Shown in pieces: positions 25,501 to 40,500 of a stretch of 64,000 bases of DNA. Position 1 is the first letter of the stretch. Each line of letters opens with the position of its first letter. The notes beneath the pieces were generated by a model that was not told the origin of the DNA, ran no database searches, and worked only from the letters and a program-made list of their open reading frames with translations. The DNA is from Euprymna scolopes. Its lineage: Eukaryota. The stretch lies in the NCBI GenBank assembly GCA_053919585.1, contig CM132790.1; one strand, given 5' to 3'. Made by a program: the position numbers and the translations under genes.

Positions 25501-28500
25501 ATCTAAAATTGTGTCTTTCTTTATGACCCTTCTTGTGTACAACAATAACTGAATATGTTATGCTTAATCTTATGTCAAAGAGAATATCAGTATGTCACTG
25601 AAATGCAATGGGTAAACTTAGTCGCGATTGCTATATAATATGATAAATTAAAGTAAATAATATTATGTTTGGCATATGATAACGATGAAAAGATAATTTT
25701 TTATTAGTATCGAACATTATTATGCAGCAAATACAATGTTTAAACGGAATTCTTCTATGGACATGCATAGAAAAGCATACAAATATACACAGACATATGC
25801 ATATTTAAATATCAACATCTATGCATATACAAATATATGAGAATTTGGAAATACAAGATATATACTGCAAAACCTTCAAACTTTTTTTATTTTTCAAATA
25901 ACTTTTTTTATACTGCTTTTTCACCCTAAACGAGGCACAATACCACTTGGGCCTAACGGGCTACTATGTAGGATCAAATTAGCAATGATACTAAATAGGG
26001 AGTTGAGCAGCAGAATGTCTGTTCATATTACATTTGAACTTCTGCATGTCATTACAGTCAGGATAGCAGGAACTCGAGAGGGAATTTCAAAATATAACCG
26101 TTTGGGAAAAGAAATTATTTGAGTAGAAGGCTTTTTAGCATCTATGAATGTTTATAGTTTAAGAGTGGGATTTTTCTGCTTGTTGGGTTAGTCAAGAGTA
26201 TTTACATCGATTGCTAAATATGCTTGCAGTTTGCCAGAGCATTTTCTATTAAAATACTTGTAAAATAGGCACATGGAGGCAATATTGAGGCAGTGGGACA
26301 GAGGTTAGAATTTGGTTGACAGTGCAGGAACTATTAGGTTGGCGACTCTATTTTGAACCCTGTATAGGAGTGAGAAAATAGTAGCAGATTAACTATCCCA
26401 GATGTGACAACAATACTCCATGCATAAGCGAATGGTGGCCTTGTAGAAGTACAGGATACTCTCGGACATGAGTAATTTTCTAGCATGATAGAGAGAGCTC
26501 ATCTTCTTCCCAGCAGCTTGGCAATGCCCTCAATATATGTGCTCTAATTCATGTTCCCTGTGAACATTTAACCAAGGAATTTGAATGAAAAGATTTCAGG
26601 TAGCGCATCATTAGTCATGGCTATAAGTGGCTGAAAAGATTTCTTGTAATTATTAAAGGAAATAAGCTTAGTCTTAGCAGCATTGAATGTTACCATCCAT
26701 TTATGACTTTGGTCCACCACAGACTGGATGGCTTCCTCTTAAGTTTCAGCCATTTCCTTAGATATGTGTACATTTGTTTTCCCGTCATGTCTGTTACAGA
26801 GCATGGTGTCATCAGCAAATATGGAAATCTCAGAGAAATATGGCATCCCTGTGCCTGTTTTACAAGTACTTTAATGGAAAGTGTTCAGACAGACTCAAAT
26901 TACTGGGTCTCCTCAGCATAAATGCCTGCGACAAACCCAACTGGAAATTCAACTTATAAATAGTGCAACAAACAGCAAAATCCCACCCCCACATTGTAAA
27001 GATTCCTAGATGCCAGAACTCCTTCTACTCAAATAGCTTCTTTCAAACTGCTAGACTTATTTCCCTCCCAGGCCCCTGCTTCCCTGACTCTATTGATATG
27101 TAGAAGTTCAAGTGTAATGTGAATAGACATTTCGCTACCCAACTCCCTACAGTGTGTCCGTGCAAATTTCGTCCCAAATAGTAGCCCCTTATGTCTTAGT
27201 GGTACTGTGCATATTTGGGGTGAAAAATCAGATAAAAAAGGTTAGTTTCACATAGTGCTAAGATACCTGGGAAATTCGCTAGGAGAAATGATTCTACATA
27301 GTTTAAGTTTAAATAATTTCAACTGTTACCCTGAAAAAATACTGAATCAATATGCACAGTTAAATGTTTTAGGTTATTGCTTTCATAAAATTACTTAGTA
27401 TTTTGTACCATCTTCAAATATAATAAAAGTGAAGTGATTATATGCAAGAGAATGTTGGAGCAAACTTCAGAAATAATTAAATTTTAATATTTGTTAAAAT
27501 TTGTGTTTAATTTTAAAAAAGGTAATGTAGTAATATTCATTCTGACGTGACAGATTTGTTTTGACAATTAGGAATTTACATTGAAATTGAAGAAATAATG
27601 CACACTTGCATCGTTGACTTATTGTGTCAAAATAATAAAGAGTCATATAGGTAGGGACTCTTGCATGCCACACATTTTAAAGCCTTTTACCTGTATTTTT
27701 TGTTCAAAAGGAGACACAAAAAATCCAGGCAGTGCTGTTTTAATCTCAAAATGTAAGCGACTCCAGTTGATGGAGAGTGATAGTTCTGGGCCAGATAGTG
27801 GTTAGATATTTCAAATGGGAAAATCAGGATTTGAAAGAAAAATATTTCAATCACTTGGGCTTAAATATGATACTCCGTTCTCTCCCTCCCTCTTTCTATC
27901 TTTCTCTATCTCGGTCGTGTTTTGCCTAAAAGTGAAGAATTGTAAATTAGTTAGCGTTTAGATGCACCTCGTGATGGTGTGGTCACTAGCTAAGCACAAA
28001 GTTCGAGCTCAGAGTAAATAATCGTTCTTACATGCTTAAAAAAATTTCTAAATATATAAGAAAATGTATGTTGCTCATTTTATATAGCATTTGATGACAG
28101 AAGATTTGGCATTTTAGAAATAACGAAAACAGAGACCTCAGAAAAATCCCAACAAAACGCAGGTGGCATAATGTAAATGATTTTGATTAAAGATGATGTG
28201 CCTATCAACTTTAAGTGATAAATGTAGGGAGCTGGGCGTAACATCAGTAGAAATATCAAGAACATACCAAGCTTACCCTCCAGCAGCAAACTATCGGGTT
28301 ATATTGGGCTGATAATACTCTGCATTTTAAATCCAACACAATGAGGGATTTGTGTTTAATAAAGGAAACGTTATTACTCACTTGTTTCTTTGATACAAAG
28401 TTTAACAGAAGTTTTCACTACAACAGGAAACTGAGGATTTCTAGGAATAATTGTAATTCTCAGTACTGTTTCATCTGTACCAGCTGGAATGTTGACAGGT

Positions 28501-31500
28501 TTGTTATAATTTGCTGTGACCTTAGTTGGTGTAGGTATTAATCTTGCTGGAGTAGTTTCTGCCAGAGGTACACCTGTAGTCACTTTCTGTAGAAAACACA
28601 GTAATAATGTACAATTATAAGAAGTCAATATAAAATATAAAGTAAAACACAGGTGACGATGTAAAATAGCGTTTACTTTCGGTTTCAATCAGCCAAGTGA
28701 AATACACGTTTGACGTGACATTGAGTAAACTAAAAAACAATAAGGTAACAGAATTTTTCATGCCATACTTGCGTTAAACTAAGAACGTAATAAATGTGCT
28801 ATGTACGTTAGGAGATGTAAAAATTTACCTGTGTAGTTGTCAGAAATTCAACAAGGTATTTTTGAACATTATCTGTATCGATAAGCTGAATTACACCGCC
28901 ACCTGTCATCGAATCTCCAACCGTGATTGTGACCACTCTGTCTTGTTGTGTATATGTTAACCATCCAGTACCACTTGGTCTGATGTCTCCGGGATTTCCA
29001 CTCGGTTCCAATGTAATAGCACTATCAGGCAATACAATATCATCATCCATCCCTTCCAAAAGTGTACACGTCACTATGAGGAAAGAGTTAAGCAAAAATT
29101 AAAATCGTCAAAAGCTGGTAGTTTTGTCAATTTGTCTATTGAGAATTTTGACTTGGAACATGCACATTGAGAAAAATAGATAAGAGAAACTTGAAAAATG
29201 CCGTATAAGCTGTGAGAATATATTCGATTATATCAACAAGTATATACTTTTGATTTAATTTAGTGAACTTATTACAAACTGAAAAATTTTTCTAAAATTG
29301 CAAAGTTAGGTCCTTTTAGACTTTATGAAAATAACATATATTTGTGCTTTAGATAACAGATAAATTATGAGCTAAAAAAAGAAATAGATATTTATGCCTA
29401 GAAAATAGAGATGTATGTGTGCAGAAATATATTATTCAAAATATATATATATGGTGGTTGTGTGGTTGTATTAAGTTTGGTATATTCAAAAAAATAAAAA
29501 TATAATATTGAAATGTAAATTATATGAGTTTAATATATACGTGGTTTATCAATATACACAGTTTGAAGTGAAAAGTTATTGCTCTCAGGAATTTCATTAG
29601 TATCTTTATATTACCCTCAAATATAAAAATCTGCTGTGATATATGCTAGAGTATATTTAAGAAAATTTCAAAATAATTACATTTAAATATTCATCTAATT
29701 TAGTGTTCAATTTTTGTAAGATAAACATAGTTATTTCCAGTTCTACATAGCAACTAGCATATTCTTTTGATTTAATTTAGTGAAATTATTAATAAAAATG
29801 AAGATTAATTTCTAAAATTGCAAATTTAGATCCTTTTAGAGTTTATGAAAGTGACATATACTTTAGCATCAGTGGCAAAAACAGATAAATTATAGGCTAA
29901 AAACGAAATAGATGTTTATGCATATAAACAGAGAGACATGTGTGTAGAGACATAGGAATTGGAATATATACCTGGTGGTTGTGTTGTTACCGTAGGAGAT
30001 GGTGGTGGAACACCTGCAGTTGTCGTTGTGGCACCTGGTGCTGGTGTTGACCTTGCTGGTACTGATGTAGTTACACCTGGTCCTGGTGTTGATATAGCTG
30101 CAAAATATTTTTATATTAAGCATATTAACAGTGATTCTTATTAGAAAAGTCAATTGACGGCTTATGCTGAAGTCATCTTAACAAGAAATTGAACCTTAGA
30201 GAAACTTGTAATTAGTGTCTCATGACTAAAAAAGAAATCAAATGCAGGTGTAGAATATATGAATTTACAAAGTGAAGGTATAGTTACATGTATCTGTATA
30301 CTTTCTTAAAATACTCCTAAATAAAATTAAATTTGGCAAACATTTATTATTGATGTCTAATCATTATTGTTTAATCTGAAAAAAACTGAAATTTGGAAAA
30401 TATTTATTATTGATGTCTAATCCTTATTGGTAAAATCTGACAAAAATCACAGATATCCAAATTTAAACAATGACATCCTTGCCTTTTCTTTTGTGCTTTA
30501 CACAAAATTCGATTGAACTAACGGTTAAATTCATTGCAGAAACTTATGACTTGAAACTTATTTCAAATTATATAATGACTAATTTCTTAATAACGATTCA
30601 TGGAAAATGCACAAATGTACACAGATGTATGCATATGTAAATATCAATATCTATGCATATGAGAATCCATGAGATTTTGGAAATTCAACTTATAAATACT
30701 GCAAAAGTTTAAAGTTCGTTATATTAAAAAAAATATAACACTGAAATGTAAATTAATGTGTTTAATATATATATATATGGTTTATCAATATACACAGTTT
30801 GAAATTAAAAGCTGTTGCTCTGAGGAATTTCATTAGTATCTTTATATTACCCTCAAATATAAAAATCTGCTGTGATATATCCTAGGGAATATTGAAGAAA
30901 ATTAAAAAAAATATATATATTTAAATATTCATCTAATGTAGTGTTAAATTTTTATAAGATAAACGTAGTTATTTTCACTTCTATATAGCAACAAGCATAT
31001 TCTTTTGATTTAATTTAGTGAAATTATCCAAAAAATGAAGATAAATTTCTAAAATTGCAAAGTTAGATCCTTTTAGATTTTATGAAATTAACGTATGCTT
31101 TGGCTTCCGTGGCAAAAACAGGTAAATTATAGGCTAGAAACGAAATAGATGTTTATGCATATAAACAGAGAGAAATGTGTGCAGAAACATAGGAATTGAA
31201 ATATATACCTGGTGGTTGTGTGGTTGCACCAGGAGCTGGCGTTGTGAAAACTGGAGGTTTTATTGTTGACATAGAAGGTGGCGTTGGCATACCTTCAGCT
31301 GTCGTTGTGGCACCTGGTGCTGGTGTTGACCTTGCTGGTACTGATGTAGTTACACCTGGTCCTGGTGTTGATATAGCTGAAAAATATTTTCATATTAAGC
31401 ATATTAACAGTGATTCTTATTAGAAAAGTCAATTAATAGCTTATGCTGAAGTCATCTTAACAAGAAATTGAACCTCAGAGAAATATGTAATTAGTGTCTC

Positions 31501-34500
31501 ATGACTAAAATAGAAATCAAATGCAGGTGTAGAATATATGAATTTACAAAGTGAACGTATAGCTACATGTATCTGTATACTTCCTTAATATACTCCTAAA
31601 TAAATATTTATTATTCATGTCTAATCCTTATTGTTAAAATCTGACAAAAATCACAGATATCCACATTTAAATAATGACATCCTTGCATTATTTTTTGCTT
31701 TTCACAAAATTCGATTGAACTAACGCTTAAATTCATTACAGAAACTTATGCCTTGCAACTTATTTCAAATTATATAATAATTAATTACTTAATAACGATT
31801 CATGGAAAATGCACAAATGTATACAGCATATGTATATGCATATGTAAATATCAATATCTATGCATATGAGAATCCAGAAGATTTTGGAAATTCAAATTAT
31901 AAATAGTTCAAAGGTATTTAGTTTGGTATATTAAAAAAAATATAAAGATAACACTGAAATGTAAATTAATGAGTTTAATATATACATGGTTTATCAATAT
32001 ACACAGTTTGAAGTGTAAAGTTATTGCTCTCAGGAATTTCATTAGTATCTTTATATTACCCTCAAATATAAAAATCTGCTGTGATATATGCTAGGGAATA
32101 TTGAAGAAAATTTAAAAAGAAATATATATTTAAATAGTCATCTAATTTAGTGTTCAATTTTTGTAAAATAAACGTAGTTATTTACAGTTCCACATAGCAA
32201 CAAGCATATTCTTTTGATTTAATTTTTTTTTTTTTTTTTTTATAAAGGGATCACCACATTATCAAGGCCCAGAGGCCACTCAAGGATAAGGGTTAAAGAG
32301 TGTACAGTAGAAGTTGGTCAATATAGTAATCATTAGTAATGAAAATTTGGTAAATTTAATAACTTATATGGAACGGCTCATCAAGAACTTATTTACCTTA
32401 GACTTGAACACAACCATATTGTAGTCAGCCGGAAAGCAGGAAAACGGAAGACAATTCCACAGGCGTGCAGTTCTAAGAAAGAAGCTTTGTTCATGGAATC
32501 TATGTTTAGGTTTAGGCACAGATAAAGAGTGGGGGAAATTATTGATAGTGTTTACAGCTAGACGAGTGTTTCTTGTGAAAGTTTGGCGAGGGGGGACCAT
32601 AGATTGAAGCTCAGTTGAACACTTTCCATGAAAATAACGATACATCAGAGACAAACTCGCAACATCTCTTCTGTGAGATAGAGGTTGTAAGGAGGAGAAA
32701 AGGACATCTCCTACGAGGCTACGAAGTCTATTTTGAACTCTATCAAGGCAGGACAAGTCCTTTCTAGCAGCTCCTGCCCAGATGTGGCAACAGTATTCCA
32801 TCCTTGGACGTACCTGGCTCTTATATAGATAGAGAATAGCATCAGCAGTGAGATATCTACTGGATCGATAGAAAGATCCCACCATTTTTCCAGCGGCCTT
32901 GGCAACAAATTTGATATACGTGTTCCATTTAAGATCAGGAGTAATGGTCAAGCCCAGAAGCTTGTCAAAACTTGAGGCCTCCTGAAGACGAGAGCCATTC
33001 ATTTCAATTGATGACAAATGTGGATTAAAATGTTGATGATGTAAAGAGAGAAGCTTGGTTTTAGATGCATTAAAAGTAACCAGCCACTCCTTTCCCCATT
33101 GTACTACATGCTCAAGATCAGAGGAGAGAGAATTGGAGAGTACTTGCTCGTTTACTGTCTTAGATGTGGTACCATAAATGGTAGTGTCGTCAGCATAAAT
33201 GTCTACAAATGATGTAAGGATATGATTTGGAAGATCATTAATGTAGATCAGGAAAAGAGTTGGGCCCAGAATGGATCCCTGAGGGACACCGGCATTAATA
33301 CTGTGAGCTTCTGATTTTTGCCCCTCAACTACTACTCTTATGAACCTATCAGAAAGAAATGATTTAATAATTGAGAAGACTTTTCCAGCTATACCATAGC
33401 TAGCGATCTTATGAAGTAAAACTTTATGCCATACCCTATCAAAGGCTTTAGATATGTCAAGAGCAATTGCCCTAGAAAGATTGCCACCGTCGAGAGATTT
33501 GCTAATCCTATGCGATATAACTGTAAGGACATCTGCTGTAGATCTAGCAGAACGGAAACCATATTGAGTGTCACTAAGAAGGTTATTTTTGTTGAGATGT
33601 TTGATTACTTCTGTATTTAACACAGATTCTAGCAACTTACTCATGACGCACAGGAGACTTATTGGCCTGTACTGAGAGGGGGATGAGCGATCACCTGAAT
33701 TCTTAAATACAGGGCATACTGATGAGATTTTCCAGGGAGATGGGAAACTATTCTCCTTAAGACAACGTTTAAACAGTTTTGTAAGTATGGGCGCTAGTTC
33801 AGGTTGAAGTTTTTTGAGTACTATAATTGGAATACCATCAGGGCCAGTTGCTTTACTGGAATCAAGGTTTTTGATTAGCTTGGCAACATCACGTACAGAT
33901 ATACGTATATCACATAGCGTGTTTTCTGATACAGGAGGAAATATTGGGGGTTGGCGGTCTTGGTCGCAAAGGGTAGAATTAGCTGCAAAGTTCTTGACAA
34001 AGAGTTTGGCTTTGTCTGATGCTGACGAGATTACCTCAGGTCCATTGATAATAGTTGGGATGGAGCACACGCTTCTGTTCAGGATTCTGTTTGCTATTTG
34101 CCAAAACTGGTGGGAACCAAGCCGCTGCTCAGCTACTTTGGACTTAACAGATTGAGCATACAACTCTCTTGCGTTCCTTATTACTTTCTTACAATGGTTG
34201 CTGGCAGTCCTGAAAACGGCTTTAGTTTCCATGCATCTATTACGTTTGAAGCAGTGGAAAAAGTGATTTCTGTGCGCAATGGCAGCAGCACATTCTGGAG
34301 AGAACCATGGCTGGCTGTTAGGTTTTTGCTGAAACTTTTTAGAGGGTATGAAATGGTCAATACCTACAATTAACCATTCAGTTAGGTCTAATACTATAGA
34401 GGACACATCCTTTTTAAACATGGAATGCAGAGGTAGATCAGATATAAATGTACGGAAGCTATCCCAGTCAGCCTTAGTGTATCGATATACTGTACGATGA

Positions 34501-37500
34501 AGTGGTACGTCTGGGGACTTATTACATTTCATTTTTATCTTAATTGATACAACAGAGTGGTCGGAAGATCCAAGAGGCGACAGAACAGAAACTGAACATA
34601 GTTCAGGGCAAGTTGTGAGAAAAAGGTCTAGTAGGCTCGCATACTGGCCGTCATTATCGGGCACACGGGTAGGTTCCTGAACAATCTGAGTGAGGTCATA
34701 GGCAATGGAGAAATCATGACAGAATCTCCCCTCATCATCGGTCTTGTTTGAGTGGGTCAACCATTCGACGTTGTGAACATTGAAGTCTCCACATACGTGA
34801 ATGTTAGCTGAAGGATAAGTAGAAAGGACTTGGTCAATTTTCTCAGATATGTTTTGAAAGATAGTAACTCCGCTGTTGTGGGGGCGATAGAGAGTAAATA
34901 TAAATGCAGTAGTGTGAGCTAAAGCAACCCAGAAGCACATATAGGGTAAGTTAGGATCTTCCCTGGAGATGTCCCTCCCACATGGAAAGCTATCTTTAAT
35001 ATAGGCACATATTCCATGCCCATGGCAATCTTGGGGGTCAGATTTAGAAGTTAAGTTAGAGTATCCTGTAATTGCAAACTCATCTAGGGAAATAGCCTGT
35101 CCAATGCCAGTTTCACTTAAAAATAAAAGGTCTGGTTTAGTCTCCTGTAATTGGGTTTCAACCTCTGGAAGGTTAGAACGTAGACCCCTGATGTTGGAGA
35201 AGGAGACATGGTAGTAGGGGTCTACGTTGGAAGTTGGAGAACCGGGTTTAATTGTGTATTTTTTCTTGAAACTTGTCATGATGAAATTTTGGAATTTGTG
35301 GACTAGGTCGACAGATTTACTTAGAGCAGGACAGAGAGGGGAAACTAAGAGAGAAAAAGAAACGAAGAATTTTTTTTTTTTTTAGTGCAATTATTAAAAA
35401 AATGAATATTAATTTCTAAAATTGCAAAGTTAGATCCCTTTAGAGTTTATGAAATTAACATATACATTTGCATCAGTGGCAAAAACAGGTAAATTATAGG
35501 CAACAAACGAAATAGATGTTTAGGCATATACAGAGAGAGACATGTGTGCAGAAACATAGGAATTGAAATATATACCTGGTGGTTGTGTGGTTGCACCAGG
35601 AGCTGACGTTGAGATACCTGGAGGTTGTGTTGTTACGCTAGGAGATGGTGGTGGAACACCTGCAGTTGTCCTTGTGGCACCTGGTGCTGGTGTTGACCTT
35701 GCTGGTACTGATGTAGTTACACCTGGTCCTGGTGTTGATATAGCTGAAAGATATTTTTATATTAAGCATATTAACAGTGATTCTTATTAGAAAAGTGAAT
35801 TGATGGCTTATGCTGAAGTGGTCTTCACAAGAAATTGAAACTCAGAGAAACTTGTAATTAGTGTCTAATGACAAAAAAAGAAATCAAATGCAGGTGTAGA
35901 ATATATGAATTTACAAATTGAAGGTATAGCTACTTGTGTCTGTGTACTTCCTTAAAATACTCCCAAATAAAATGAAATTTGGCAAACATTTATTATTGAT
36001 GTCTAATCCTTATTGGTAAAATCTGACAAAAATCACAGATATCCAAATTTAAACAATGACATCCTTGCCTTTTCTTTTGTGCTTTACACAAAATTCGATT
36101 GAACTAACGGTTAAATTCATTGCAGAAACTTATGACTTGAAACTTATTTCAAATTATATAATGACTAATTTCTTAATAACGATTCATGGAAAATGCACAA
36201 ATGTACACAGATGTATGCATATGTAAATATCAATATCTATGCATATGAGAATCCATGAGATTTTGGAAATTCAACTTATAAATACTGCAAAAGTTTAAAG
36301 TTCGTTATATTAAAAAAAATATAACACTGAAATGTAAATTAATGTGTTTATATATATATATGGTTTATCAATATACACAGTTTGAAATTAAAAGCTGTTG
36401 CTCTGAGGAATTTCATTAGTATCTTTATATTACCCTCAAATATAAAAATCTGCTGTGATATATCCTAGGAGATATTGAAGAAAATTTAAAAAAACTATAT
36501 ATTTAAATATTCATCTAATGTAGTGTTAAATTTTTATAAGATAAACGTAGTTATTTTCACTTCTATATAGCAACAAGCATATTCTTTTGATTTAATTTAG
36601 TGAAATTATCCAAAAAATGAAGATAAATTTCTAAAATTGCAAAGTTAGATCCTTTTAGATTTTATGATATTAACGTATGCTTTGGCTTCCGTGGCAAAAA
36701 CAGGTAAATTATAGGCTAGAAACGAAATAGATGTTTATGCATATAAACAGAGAGAAATGTGTGCAGAAACATAGGAATTGAAATATATACCTGGTGGTTG
36801 TGTGGTTGCACCAGGAGCTGGCGTTGTGAAAACTGGAGGTTTTATTGTTGACATAGAAGGTGGCGTTGGCATACCTTCAGCTGTCGTTGTGGCACCTGGT
36901 GCTGGTGTTGACCTTGCTGGTACTGATGTAGTTACACCTGGTCCTGGTGTTGATATAGCTGAAAAATATTTTTATATTAAGCATATTAACAGTGATTCTT
37001 ATTAGAAAAGTCAATTAATAGCTTATGCTGAACACTATCTAAGAACACTGCCGAATACATAAAGTGAATTTGTGTGAAATTTCATAAAAATCGATCCTGA
37101 CACAGATAAAGTTGATTTTATATAATAGTAGAGAAACATATATTTTATATATGTGACAATATTCAAGTAAATTAATTTTTGTTATATAAAATGCTTCTTT
37201 AATAATTACTAACGGTATCTTTATGGTGTTGTCCGAGATTTAGTTGCATTATTTTAACTTTTAGTTTGTTTGCAAATATCTAAATTGGAAGTAAACAGAT
37301 TCTATTTAATTTTTCAATTTTAGAAAATACTTTTTCCGTTTCTTAATTCATATTTGCTATTGATAAGCTAACATTTTATATAATCATTTGTATGATCTGT
37401 ATAAGTAAGTTTTCAAATAGCTATGTACGTTATTTTATTGCCCCGGACATGAAAAACAATAAGCATGAAAATTATCAATGAAAAGGTAAGTCAACATTTG

Positions 37501-40500
37501 CTTCATAAATTATAGTCGAGTCTGACTTTAAAAATCCGACAATGCAACTTTATATGTTGGATAAACCCAGAATGATTAAATTGAATCATCACATCTGCAA
37601 AAATCATTTGGATGGGAAATTAACATGGTTAACTGTTGTAGGGGCTTATCTGTTGGTCAATAATGGACTCTTCCTACTATAAAGACTGGGGAAATGTGCC
37701 TCTTGACGTTATAAACAACTGTTGTAGTGTACGCCTTATGGAGAAAAATAAACTCTTATTATAAAGACCGGAATATTAAACCTTTCAGTATTATGCACAA
37801 GTCATGCACACTTGGTAATCAGGCTGCTGATTACAAAAGTTTGAAATCTTTGCTTTTCCTATCAAAGTCGCACCAACAATTTTCCAGCAAGTTATGGACA
37901 CTTTGCTGGAGGAACTTCATTTTTACGATCGCTTACTGACATGAAATCTTAATAAATAGTAAAAGTATTGAAACGCTGGAAACATGCCCAAAGTGTGTTT
38001 TCACAAATATGGGACTATGGGCTCAAAATAAAAATAAGAAGAATGTGATTTCTTCATGAAAGAACTCAAATATCTGGGTCATATCATAGATAAAGACGAC
38101 AGGTGGCCAGATTCTGAATGGACCACTACAATTAAAGAGATGTCATCTATTAAAAGGTTACGTCTATGAAGAGTTTCCTGAGATTAGAAAATTATTACCA
38201 AGCATTTATTCCACACAGTTCTCCATCTTTTACTGAAAAACTTTATAAAAATAAGGGTTGGAAATTGACACTCATTGTTCAAGAATACATGTGAACTTTG
38301 ATGGACCGTAAGAAGAGTTCTGCTATCTTATTATAGTAGATAGTTACATAAAATTGCTAGAATGATTTAGATGTATGGAAAACATTACATAGGAAATGAT
38401 AAACCTCTGGCATGAATTGTTGGTCTGATTTGGGGTTTGATCAATGATTGATAACAGAACTCAATTAACGTTGACTGATTTTGAAGTGCTGTGTAACAAT
38501 TTCCAAATAAAACACATTAGCACCTCTCTGTACCATCCCTGTTAAAACGGCCAGGCAAAGCGTTTTGATCGACACCCTAAAAAAACTCCTAAAACATTGC
38601 GGCACGCCTAGAGAAAAGGCCTTAAAGCAATTTTTATGAGTGTATAGGATGATACTAAGCACAAAGATAAATCTTCATTATATCCAGCAGAATTGGTGTT
38701 TGCTCGAAAAATGAAGATCAGTATTTTAAAAAATTGCTGCCTAAACAAAACATGGGCGAACATCTAAAGTACCAAAGAATCAGTACATTCCAGGTGAAAA
38801 GATGTTTTTTAAGATATGTAAAACAATACATTCTTTTGAGTATATGTTACTATAGAAAAGAATATCGGAAATATAGTCTACATAATCTGAGGCTCTCAGT
38901 AATCAAATTAGAAAGCAGCTCTTAGATGAAACTTACAGTACGTTACAGGAACATGTAGCAATAGATGCCATTTATGACACCTTAGACCTGGAAATATTTA
39001 AAACAGCCCCAGAAGAGCAACACTCCTAAAGAAAAACAAAAGTTGTTAGACCTTATCAGGATCAACCCAAAGAGAAAATGATACCGAGACTCCTGCAAAG
39101 TTAAGGTCTGGGAGGGAGGTTGTTGTAGTGCTCATCTTACAAATAATAATGAATGCTTCCTATTACTTACCTTACAGCGTTATGCACAAAGTACGCATAC
39201 ATGGCAGTTGGACTGATGTATAACCATTCTTTTTATTTGTTTTATTTATTTTCCTGTTTAGTATATTTTGTTTCAAGTAAATCTAAAATTGTGTCTTTCT
39301 TTATGACCCTTCTTGTGTACAACAATAACTGAATATGTTATGCTTAATCTTATGTCAAAGAGAATATCAGTATGTCACTGAAATGCAATGGGTAAACTTA
39401 GTCGCGATTGCTATATAATATGATAAATTAAAGTAAATAATATTATGTTTGGCATATGATAACGATGAAAAGATAATTTTTTATTAGTATCGAACATTAT
39501 TATGCAGCAAATACAATGTTTAAACGGAATTCTTCTATGGACATGCATAGAAAAGCATACAAATATACACAGACATATGCATATTTAAATATCAACATCT
39601 ATGCATATACAAATATATGAGAATTTGGAAATACAAGATATATACTGCAAAACCTTCAAACTTTTTTTATTTTTCAAATAACTTTTTTTATACTGCTTTT
39701 TCACCCTAAACGAGGCACAATACCACTTGGGCCTAACGGGCTACTATGTAGGATCAAATTTGCAATGATACTAAATAGGGAGTTGAGCAGCAGAATGTCT
39801 GTTCATATTACATTTGAACTTCTGCATGTCATTACAGTCAGGATAGCAGGAACTCGAGAGGGAATTTCCAAATATAACCGTTTGGGAAAAGAAATTATTT
39901 GAGTAGAAGGCTTTTTAGCATCTATGAATGTTTATAGTTTAAGAGTGGGATTTTTCTGCTTGTTGGGTTAGTCAAGAGTATTTACATCGATTGCTAAATA
40001 TGCTTGCAGTTTGCCAGAGCATTTTCTATTAAAATACTTGTAAAATATGCACATGGAGGCAATATTGAGGCAGTGGGACAGAGGTTAGAATTTGGTTGAC
40101 AGTGCAGGACCTATTAGGTTGGCGACTCTATTTTGAACCCTGTATAGGAGTGAGAAAATAGTAGCAGATTAACTATCCCAGATGTGACAACAATACTCCA
40201 TGCATAAGCGAATGGTGGCCTTGTAGAAGTACAGGATACTCTCGGACATGAGTAATTTTCTAGCATGATAGAGAGAGCTCATCTTCTTCCCAGCAGCTTG
40301 GCAATGCCCTCAATATATGTGCTCTAATTCATGTTCCCTGTGAACATTTAACCAAGGAATTTGAATGAAAAGATTTCAGGTAGCGCATCATTAGTCATGG
40401 CTATAAGTGGCTGAAAAGATTTCTTGTAATTATTAAAGGAAATAAGCTTAGTCTTAGCAGCATTGAATGTTACCATCCATTTATGACTTTGGTCCACCAC

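Noticed and set aside
32711-34373. Small ORFs overlapping the 971-aa LINE ORF
   Set aside because: Alternative-frame or antisense shadows of the RT gene.
32364-35279. RT next to repeats as a retron, DGR, CRISPR-RT or group II intron system
   Set aside because: N-terminal APE domain, poly(A) tail and empty homologous sites identify a eukaryotic LINE. The repeats are spliced exons and introns without spacers or template/variable pairs.
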